NCBI GenBank assembly: GCA_964291315.2
Contig: OZ219753.1
Location: forward strand, 800,001-864,000
DNA: 64,000 nucleotides
Direction: 5' to 3'
Source: Candidatus Poribacteria bacterium
GTDB lineage: Bacteria > Poribacteria > WGA-4E > WGA-3G
Made by a program: the position numbers and the translations under genes. How positions within the stretch are numbered: position 1 is the first letter of the stretch; the number at the start of each line of letters is the position of its first letter. Of this stretch, positions 10,169-17,642 are shown piece after piece. The notes below the pieces were generated by a model, which was not told the origin of the DNA, searched no databases, and worked only from the letters and a program-made list of their open reading frames with translations.

Positions 10169-11446
10169 ATGAGTATGGATACACAATTATGTCGTCTGCG
10201 CGAGATGCTGGCTTCGGTGTTAGCGACAAATACCTTCTATCGGCGAAAGCTTATGAATGCTGGGATTACGCGTTCAAGCGATGTACAGACGTTGCGTGAT
10301 TATGGGCGTTTGCCTTTTACAACGAAGGAAGAGCTGAGTGCGGATCAGGTGTTGCATCCGCCGTATGGTACCAATCTAACTTTTCCGTTGGAGCGTTATA
10401 CTTGTGTGCATCGCACTTCGGGTACAACTGGTTCCCCTTTACGGTGGTTGGATACGTCGGAGTCTTGGCGGTGGTGGGGTAAATGTTGGCGGTCGGTTTA
10501 CGCTGCTGCGGGCGTGACATCGGCGGATCGGCTTCTGCCTGCTTTTTCGTTTGGTCCGTTTATCGGTTTCTGGAGTGCCTACCAGGGTGCGCAGCAGCTT
10601 GGTGCTCTTACAATTGCGAATGGTGGTTTCACTTCTGAGCAGCGTATTCGTGCGATTCTCAGTAACGATGTGACGGTGTTAATTTGTACTCCGACGTATG
10701 CGTTGCGGCTTGCCGAGGTTGCGGCGCAATCGGGCATTAATCTTCGTGAAGAATCTTCGGTGCGGGTAACTCTGCATGCGGGTGAGCCTGGGGCGAGTCT
10801 ACCTGCAACGAAACAACGGATTGAGCGCTGTTGGGGTGCGCGTGCTTATGACCATGCTGGTGCCACAGAGGTGGGTGCGTGGGGCGTTATGTGTGAACCG
10901 CAGGCGGGTGTGCATCTCAACGAAGACGAATTTATTTGTGAGGTGCTTGATCCGAAAACTGGGACCCCGTCGGCTGCGGGGGAATTGGTCATCACGAATT
11001 TAGGGCGAATTGGCATGCCGGTTATCCGCTACAAGACAGGCGACTATGTTAATCTCAAATCGGTGCCGTGTGCATGTGGAAGAAAGAGTCGGGTTCTTGA
11101 GGGTGGCGTTATTGGCAGACTGGATGACGTGCTGATCATCCGCGGTCTGAATGTTTATCCGGCCACGATCGAAAATATTATTCTCAAGTTTTCAGAGATT
11201 CGCGAATTCGCTGTGCGTGTCTACAGTACCGAAACGTTTGATGAAATTGAAATTCAGGTTGAGTCCACAGCTCCGAACCCTATTGCGACTGTGAATTCGG
11301 TAACAGAGGCTATCCGAGATGCGTTAGGTTTGCGTGCGGTGGTAAAATCGGTGCCACTTGGAACACTACCAAGGTATGAGCTCAAGGCGAGGCGATTCAT
11401 TGATCAGAGAAAACGGGTTGGAGCTCCAGCTATACAACCGATGTAA
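10169..11446 (+). CDS. Phenylacetate-CoA ligase (PaaK) family protein
   Basis: LPFTTKEEL, TSGTTG, AGEPG, GATEVG, RYKTGD and GRLDDVLIIRGLNVYP. Confidence 0.9.
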   Translation: MSMDTQLCRLREMLASVLATNTFYRRKLMNAGITRSSDVQTLRDYGRLPFTTKEELSADQVLHPPYGTNLTFPLERYTCVHRTSGTTGSPLRWLDTSESWRWWGKCWRSVYAAAGVTSADRLLPAFSFGPFIGFWSAYQGAQQLGALTIANGGFTSEQRIRAILSNDVTVLICTPTYALRLAEVAAQSGINLREESSVRVTLHAGEPGASLPATKQRIERCWGARAYDHAGATEVGAWGVMCEPQAGVHLNEDEFICEVLDPKTGTPSAAGELVITNLGRIGMPVIRYKTGDYVNLKSVPCACGRKSRVLEGGVIGRLDDVLIIRGLNVYPATIENIILKFSEIREFAVRVYSTETFDEIEIQVESTAPNPIATVNSVTEAIRDALGLRAVVKSVPLGTLPRYELKARRFIDQRKRVGAPAIQPM

Positions 11447-11482
11447 TCGGTAGACAGAGGGATATCTGCTGCCAAGCGAAAT

Positions 11483-11776
11483 ATGATGGAGCCTAATGTT
11501 GAGCACAATGCTCGCGATTCCTACGGTAACACTGCGTTGCGTTATGCCGTATTGCTGGAGCGTTCGCGAGTAGTGGAGCTATTGCTGGCGCATCCTAAAT
11601 CGTAGTCAATGTTTTGGATGGTGGGGGGACCAGCGGAGTTAGCTCCCAGGTTGGGACAGGTGAAGATGGCAAGGCTTATCGAGGCACATCCGACTGCCAA
11701 GATACCGCCGTTGCGTATTGTGCCTACGATGCGTCATTTGACGGCAACTTGGGCGGAAGTGAAACGCAGGCGATGA
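11483..11776 (+). pseudogene. Frameshifted C-terminal remnant of an ankyrin-repeat protein with a TW-type C-terminal tail
   Basis: Translates across frameshifts as NARDSYGNTALRYAVLLERSRVVELLLAHP / VNVLDGGG / PAELAPRLGQVKMARLIEAHP...MRHLTATWAEVKRRR*. Homologous to 41460-41575. Confidence 0.7.
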
Positions 11777-11823
11777 GTCTCCCGATGCCACCCGCTAGCA
11801 GGGACTGTGGCAGCTCGTCCGTC

Positions 11824-11892
11824 GTAGCATAGACTGTCTGTGTGTGCCAGATAGGTTTTGGCGTGCGGGCACAATCTAACAGGTGATGCTAC
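11824..11892. repeat. Inverted doublet of GTAG-type REP-like palindromes
   Basis: GTAGCATAGAC...GTGTGC (11824-11847) faces GCACAATCT..AGGTGATGCTAC (11869-11892). Confidence 0.6.
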
Positions 11893-12218
11893 GAGGCCGA
11901 GGCGTTTCCGTTGGTGTCTCGGTTTGTGTCCAACGCCTCTTGGAATGCTGCGAGACTCGCTGTCTGCAGTGCCTCACGGCGGAGTGCCTTGAGGCGCAGT
12001 AGAGACTGAATACGCCGCAGGGCAGATGCCACCTGTGATAAGGCGCTATCATTGAAACGCAGTTCCAAGATCTCAAGGATGCCTTCTATGAGGCTCTCTC
12101 GGGCACCCCGCTCTATGCCTTGTTCAAGGCCCTCCTCTCTACCGCGTTCTATGCCTTGCTCAAGGCCGCGTTCTATGCCTTGCTGAAGAAAATGTTGAAT
12201 AACCGATGACTCTTGCAT
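11889..12218 (-). CDS. Putative intragenic RpnS antitoxin (in-frame internal start, 109 aa)
   Basis: GGAGG Shine-Dalgarno 5 nt upstream of the in-frame ATG (MQESSVIQHF), just before the repeat tail. Confidence 0.6.
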   Translation of the reverse strand: MQESSVIQHFLQQGIERGLEQGIERGREEGLEQGIERGARESLIEGILEILELRFNDSALSQVASALRRIQSLLRLKALRREALQTASLAAFQEALDTNRDTNGNASAS

Positions 12219-12884
12219 GATCGCCTCCATTATCGTCTCACGAATCGACGAATACTCAAATATCAAGCCACTCAATATCGCTAAATCTGTCAAATACTCA
12301 CCTTTTGACGCGCTTTCCACATATACTGACTCCGCAACCGATACGCACCGCCGAAGCCACGCATCGCCCGACGACGCATCTGCCGAGGGACGCATCAACG
12401 GCGTAAACGGGATCAAACCTTTCACACCCGAATCCAGAAAATGAGAACCCTCTATATCATACAGACGGATCACCTTGTAGCCGATGCGCACCTCATACCC
12501 AGGAGCCGATTGGACATACGCCCCCGGATCCCGCCGTCCCGCACGCGGATGCAAGTAGATCACGTGTGAGTAAATCGGCAGTTGAAACTGCTCTATGCCC
12601 CTGCCGATGTAGCCCGCCATCCGATACTGCATCGGCACTGCTCCGCTGTCCCGCGTCTGTATCTCAAGATGCACAATAGCGGTTTCTCCAGCGAGGTTCA
12701 CCTCTATGAAGCTATCGGCTCTGTTTGATTGGACGGTCGGCTGCTCGGTCTCTAAGACGCGGATTGCCTCCACATCCGCTGTGCCGAGGGCGAACTCTAT
12801 CCAGTCCTGTGGGTTTTGATGGATAATCGCTTTTGAGACGGTATCGTATTGGCTGTGCCGCTTAGATTCTTGTTGATCTCGCAT
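11889..12884 (-). CDS. Rpn family recombination-promoting nuclease / putative transposase (copy 1)
   Basis: YDTVSK, RADSF..., VHLEIQT (PD-(D/E)XK-type), MxYRM and a C-terminal QGIERG repeat tail. Confidence 0.88.
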   Translation of the reverse strand: MRDQQESKRHSQYDTVSKAIIHQNPQDWIEFALGTADVEAIRVLETEQPTVQSNRADSFIEVNLAGETAIVHLEIQTRDSGAVPMQYRMAGYIGRGIEQFQLPIYSHVIYLHPRAGRRDPGAYVQSAPGYEVRIGYKVIRLYDIEGSHFLDSGVKGLIPFTPLMRPSADASSGDAWLRRCVSVAESVYVESASKGEYLTDLAILSGLIFEYSSIRETIMEAIMQESSVIQHFLQQGIERGLEQGIERGREEGLEQGIERGARESLIEGILEILELRFNDSALSQVASALRRIQSLLRLKALRREALQTASLAAFQEALDTNRDTNGNASAS

Positions 12885-12966
12885 AGTGGCTGCACTGGCT
12901 GAATGCTAGTAATGCTTGTGCGCTCCGTTTCGGTGTTATTAGTTATCATTAGAGAGTTAATCGTAT

Positions 12967-12996
12967 AGTCTACCACATATGGACTGCGGAAGTCAA
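12967..12996 (-). promoter_or_regulatory. Putative sigma70 promoter of Rpn, conserved upstream of all four copies
   Basis: TTGACT-N18-TAGACT with an extended TG. The same boxes are kept near 42696-42725, 43981-44010 and 45278-45307 although the spacer diverges. Confidence 0.55.
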
Positions 12997-13036
12997 ATCG
13001 AAAACAAAATATCTTTATGGCAAAGTATAGCAGATA

Positions 13037-13167
13037 TAACCGGAAAAATCACACCGATATTCGCTCTCTTAAGGAAGTGTGTATCAAACTCCGGTTATTA
13101 TATTATTATACCAAAGGGGTTCTCTTTGGGGAAAGAAAAGAGTGAACTATTTATCAAACTCCCGTTA
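13037..13167. mobile_element. IS982-type terminal inverted repeat fragments / left-end remnant
   Basis: TATCAAACTCCGGTTA (13082-13097) and TTATCAAACTCCCGTTA (13151-13167). 13106-13167 aligns with the IS982 left end at 52351-52414. Confidence 0.55.
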
Positions 13168-14325
13168 TGTCAGAGTTGTTACGACACCGAATCCGATTCG
13201 GATGCCCATTTTCTTCACCTCAAACCGAGTGCCGATCTCCATCACCAGGGGCGTGTCAAGTTCGACTTTGACATGTGCGTAAGTGCCTGGTGTGATGAGT
13301 GAAAGTTCAGGTGGGAGGTGGAGGCGTGATGGTATATCAACACTCCATAGGTGTATGTGGGGTCTATCGTTTTCGATAAGCGGTATATGTGTGCCGCTCT
13401 CTTCAGATGTCAGTAGATAGATGAGTGCGTTAAACTCAGAGTGGGATTTGAGGGTTTTGGGTGTACAAAGTACCTGCCCGATGGACAGCCAGCCGGGTTC
13501 AGATTCGACGGATACTTCGTCTTCTTTAATACCGGTAACCCGCGTTTTGATTCTGTCCCCGTTACCGACAACGTCTACTGCTTGTCCGACGGCGAGTTGT
13601 CCGTGTATAATTTCGCCCCGGACAGATACGTAGTGTTTTGTTTCCTCGGTAATCTCATAAATTGGCATGATAAGGGGTAAGCGTTGTCTGTTCACAGGTG
13701 GTGGCATTGTGCTATTCATGGTGGCGATCAGGTCAACGATCGGTTGCCATTGATCAGAAGTAATCTTATCTTTTTTATAGTTTAGTGCCTTACGTGCGTC
13801 CCCGACGACGATAGGTGCTATTTTTTTTGTTTCTCCATAGGTATTTAAGAGTTCATTCATCTCTTGTTTGCAGATGTCCACGATTTCGTCGTCTCCGGGA
13901 AGTCCTGCTGTATTAAGAAAAGAGATTATCTGTGGTAGGTTCAGCTGTTTGGCGAGTTGGAGATGTGCTTCGGAGTCGGGTGTGACACCCTGAATAGCGT
14001 TGACTACCCAGATTGCTGCGTGGATTTTCGGAGAGCCGCTGATCAGCATTTTGACAATATCAGTGGACGTTTCGCAGTCGATTTGTGTATAAAATTTGCC
14101 GCTGGTTTCATAGGCGATGGCGCGGTAGGTGATGCCGACGCCCTCTCGGATTGGGTGATGAGTTGGGTTCTGTGCGTTAAAATCGGTGTCTCTGTCTGTG
14201 TGGATTGCTCCGATTCTTGCGATAACTTTCGTCATTGCCGCGGTCAGCGTTGTTTTACCGTGTCCATCTGCGCCGAGGGTACAGATGGGCAGTCTGTTAT
14301 GTGTATATTGGTTTTTTTCTGTCAT
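13165..14325 (-). CDS. Divergent elongation factor Tu-like protein with degenerate G-motifs
   Basis: HGKTTLTAAMT, GITY, YETSGKFYTQIDC, EFNALIYLLTSEESG and IGFGVVT follow the EF-Tu three-domain order. G3 and G4 are degenerate. Confidence 0.8.
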   Translation of the reverse strand: MTEKNQYTHNRLPICTLGADGHGKTTLTAAMTKVIARIGAIHTDRDTDFNAQNPTHHPIREGVGITYRAIAYETSGKFYTQIDCETSTDIVKMLISGSPKIHAAIWVVNAIQGVTPDSEAHLQLAKQLNLPQIISFLNTAGLPGDDEIVDICKQEMNELLNTYGETKKIAPIVVGDARKALNYKKDKITSDQWQPIVDLIATMNSTMPPPVNRQRLPLIMPIYEITEETKHYVSVRGEIIHGQLAVGQAVDVVGNGDRIKTRVTGIKEDEVSVESEPGWLSIGQVLCTPKTLKSHSEFNALIYLLTSEESGTHIPLIENDRPHIHLWSVDIPSRLHLPPELSLITPGTYAHVKVELDTPLVMEIGTRFEVKKMGIRIGFGVVTTLT

Positions 14326-14620
14326 TTTTTTTCTCCTGTTACGTGGAATTTTTCACTTGAGGAATGGTTCACATTATAGCAAAAAGTTGGCAATCGTGCA
14401 ATGCAGAAAAACTTGCGAAACGCTGAGAGGCATGCTAAACTATTTTCGTTATTGAATCCGTGCTGCCATGTCATTGGCAGGGAGTGTTTCGACTGTTAGG
14501 GATTCTCCATGCTCCAGAGTGGTTGAGCGTAATCATGAACCACCGTGAATCAGGTTACTTATGGGTGGGTGTACTGAAAAACTTTGTGGAAGGTTGAGCA
14601 GGTGTGCCTGTTAGGGGAAA

Positions 14621-15127
14621 ATGTCAAGTCAAAAAATTTATGGCCGCGGCCGACTTGCGTGTATTCTTGAGTGCGCGAAATCAGAGGGTGCGGTTATTGT
14701 TACGACTAACGGCTGTTTTGATGTGTTGCATTTAGGGCATCTCCGCTACCTGGAAGCAGCGCGTCGACTCGGTGATTTGCTTGTGGTGGCGGTTAATAGT
14801 GACAGCTCGGTTCGTCGGCTTAAAGGCGAAAATCGTCCACTTGTTCCTGAGGCGGAGCGTGCGGAGATGCTTGCTGGTTTGGCGTGTGTCAGTTATGTCG
14901 TCATCTTTCCGGAGTTAACGCCGGTCGATCTGCTTTCTGAGCTCAAGCCGGATGTCCACGTTAAAGGTGGGGATTATAGAGTGGAGCAGCTGGTTGAAAA
15001 GGATATCGTTGAAGCAAACGGTGGTAAGGTTATTGTTGGTTTGAACGTTCCTGGTAAATCGACAACCAACCTTATCGAAGTGATACGTGAACGGTATAGA
15101 GACACGAGTCTTGAAGAGGCGTTGTAA
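14621..15127 (+). CDS. rfaE2: D-glycero-beta-D-manno-heptose 1-phosphate adenylyltransferase (HldE domain II)
   Basis: TNGCFDVLHLGH, VNSDSSVRRLKGENRP, VKGGDY and GKSTT. Confidence 0.92.
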   Translation: MSSQKIYGRGRLACILECAKSEGAVIVTTNGCFDVLHLGHLRYLEAARRLGDLLVVAVNSDSSVRRLKGENRPLVPEAERAEMLAGLACVSYVVIFPELTPVDLLSELKPDVHVKGGDYRVEQLVEKDIVEANGGKVIVGLNVPGKSTTNLIEVIRERYRDTSLEEAL

Positions 15128-15163
15128 TGCGGTTTTAGTAGACTGAGGAGGCACCTGTAGTAG

Positions 15164-16534
15164 ATGCAGATAGACTATTCTTTTGGTATTGCTGACCTGA
15201 AGTCTCAGATTGAGAATCTTTTTGAATGTTCAGGTCGAAAGATTTTAGCGATTGAGGACACGTGGTCGCCTGAGAGGGGCACGCCGGTGTTCACTGTTGC
15301 GGGTACGTATACGACCCGTGGTTGGACGGAGTGGACACAAGGTTTCCAATTTGGTTCAGCTATTCTTCAATTTGATGCTACAGGTGATGAGCGGTTCCTT
15401 GAAATCGGTAGGCGGAACACGATTGAAAAAATGGCCCCGCATGTCACACACATGGGTGTGCATGACCATGGTTTTAACAATGTTTCAACTTACGGTAACC
15501 TCCGTCGCCTGATGCGGGAGAGATTGATTCCGTGGGATGGCAGCGAGATGGATTTCTATGAGCTGGCGCTAAAGGCTTCCGCTGCTGTGCAGGCGAGTCG
15601 GTGGACTCGGATTAGAGATGGAATGGGATATATTGCCTCCTTTAATGGTGGGCATTCGCTTTTTTCAGACACTATCCGTTCTTTACGGGCGTTGGCGCTG
15701 GGCCATACGCTTGGTGCAGTGCTTATGGGTGAAGGAGATGTTGCCATTAGTCTCTTGGAGCGTCTGCTCCAGCATTCACAGACGACAGCAGCGTACAATG
15801 TCTACTATGGTGAGGGGCGTGATGTTTTTGATTTGCGTGGACGGGTGGTGCATGAATCTATCTTCAATACGGCCGATGGCAACTATCGTTGTCCGAGTAC
15901 GCAGCAGGGCTATTCACCTTTTACGACTTGGACGCGTGGTTTGGCCTGGATCATCACGGGCTATGCCGAGCAGCTGGAATTTTTTGACACACTTTCTGGA
16001 GAAGACCTTGAGCCTTACGGTGGGTATGCGCTTGCAACGGCGCACATGCGCAAAGCTGCGGAAGCTACTGCTGATTTTTACATTGAGAATACCGCGCAGG
16101 ACGGGATTCCGTATTGGGATACGGGTGCCCCTGGGTTAGCGAAGCTGGGTGATTATTTGTCTGTGCCTGCGGATCCGTTTAACGACCTTGAACCGGTGGA
16201 TAGCTCTGCCGCAGCGATCGCTGCACAAGGGTTGATTCGTCTCGGTAATTACCTCCAAAAACATGGTGAATCAGACGCAGGAGCTTCCTATTACCAAGCT
16301 GGGTTAACAGTAGCGAGGACTCTTTTCGCTGAACCGTATCTGTCTGAATCTGCGGCAGATCAGGGGTTATTGTTGCATTCGGTGTATCATCGTCCGAATG
16401 GCTGGGATTATGTGCCGGAGGGTCGGAAGATTCCGTGTGGTGAGGCTTCTATGTGGGGGGATTACCATGCTCGCGAACTTGCGGTGCTGTTATGGCGGGA
16501 GATAACTGGTAGGCCGTATTTGACGTTTTTCTAG
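15164..16534 (+). CDS. Glycoside hydrolase family 88 (unsaturated glucuronyl hydrolase-like)
   Basis: WTQGF, HDHGF, QQGYS...TWTRGLAW, PYWD, DSSAAAIAA and WGDYH. Confidence 0.85.
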   Translation: MQIDYSFGIADLKSQIENLFECSGRKILAIEDTWSPERGTPVFTVAGTYTTRGWTEWTQGFQFGSAILQFDATGDERFLEIGRRNTIEKMAPHVTHMGVHDHGFNNVSTYGNLRRLMRERLIPWDGSEMDFYELALKASAAVQASRWTRIRDGMGYIASFNGGHSLFSDTIRSLRALALGHTLGAVLMGEGDVAISLLERLLQHSQTTAAYNVYYGEGRDVFDLRGRVVHESIFNTADGNYRCPSTQQGYSPFTTWTRGLAWIITGYAEQLEFFDTLSGEDLEPYGGYALATAHMRKAAEATADFYIENTAQDGIPYWDTGAPGLAKLGDYLSVPADPFNDLEPVDSSAAAIAAQGLIRLGNYLQKHGESDAGASYYQAGLTVARTLFAEPYLSESAADQGLLLHSVYHRPNGWDYVPEGRKIPCGEASMWGDYHARELAVLLWREITGRPYLTFF

Positions 16535-16609
16535 CGTGGGCGTTCTTCCTTCCTGATATTCTTCATCTTTGACGTTCTTCATTTTTGGCATTCTTCATGC
16601 TTGGATTCG

Positions 16610-17569
16610 CTATTCTCTGACGTGTTCAACTTGTCCAGTTTCCAATGATCGATTCGCAGCGAGTGTGACGGCAAGCGTCTTGACGGCGTCGGCGTAGGAA
16701 GAAAGGACTCTGTCTGGTTCGTTTGCCTCGACGGTTTTGATGAACTGCTCAACCTGCCGGAAGTATCCTGCTTCTGTGCCGGTATAGTCGATTGATTCTT
16801 CGCCGATTTGTCCTTGCAATTTGAGATCGTGTGTGAGTTTGAGATAGAGGGTATCGCCTACTAGTTCGGTTGCGAAGTTGTCATGTGCGCGGGCGATGCA
16901 TGTGCTGGTGATGCTTCCGACTGCTCCGTTCTCAAACTGCATATTGCAAACGGTGCATTCCTCAAAGTCTGCGATACCTTTGGAGACTCTCTTAATACCG
17001 TATGCGTGAACATTGGCTACGTCGCCGAGAAAATAGCGGATGAGGTCGAAAACGTGTGTTGTCTGTTCTACGATTTGTCCGCGCGATACCTGGTATTTTC
17101 CCCACCATGGATGGTTAGTCCCCATACGGGTGAGAAACCGTCCGATTCCCATAGCGAGTTGTTGTTCTCCGACTAACGCCTTTGCTTTTGCTGTGATGTC
17201 GCTGTATCGTGCCATGTAGCCGACTTGAGTGATGACTCCTGCGGTGTCAATTACCTCGCGGGTGCGTTGTGCGGTTTCCAAATCTGGTGCAACGGGTTTA
17301 GCGACAAAGAGGGCGGTGCCGGATGTTGCTGCGTCAGCAACTTGGGTGGTATGTGCGCCTGGTGGAATGCAGATGAACACGACATCTGGTTTTTCTTTGT
17401 GTAGCATCTCATTGGGGTTGGTGTATGGGTTTGCTTTTTCTTGAGCGGCGGTAGCTGCGGCGCGTTCAGGGTTTATGTCGCAGACTGCGGCGATGGGACG
17501 TTGAAGTTGCCTCAGGCTTTGGCGGTAATTTCTGGCGATGCCGCCGGCACCGATAAAGGTAATTTTCAT
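16610..17569 (-). CDS. Gfo/Idh/MocA family oxidoreductase
   Basis: IGAGGIA Rossmann fold, (A)KP, VGYMARY, and a HVFD catalytic region. Confidence 0.88.
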   Translation of the reverse strand: MKITFIGAGGIARNYRQSLRQLQRPIAAVCDINPERAAATAAQEKANPYTNPNEMLHKEKPDVVFICIPPGAHTTQVADAATSGTALFVAKPVAPDLETAQRTREVIDTAGVITQVGYMARYSDITAKAKALVGEQQLAMGIGRFLTRMGTNHPWWGKYQVSRGQIVEQTTHVFDLIRYFLGDVANVHAYGIKRVSKGIADFEECTVCNMQFENGAVGSITSTCIARAHDNFATELVGDTLYLKLTHDLKLQGQIGEESIDYTGTEAGYFRQVEQFIKTVEANEPDRVLSSYADAVKTLAVTLAANRSLETGQVEHVRE

Positions 17570-17642
17570 ATTTCTGTTCCTATTTTTTTGAGTGTAGAAG
17601 CGAGATTGATTGGGATTCAGGCATTTGGCTTCGGTGCTTTGG

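Noticed and set aside
13165-14325. Annotation as canonical tuf or selB
   Set aside because: The G3/G4 motifs are lost and there is no SelB C-terminal winged-helix extension.
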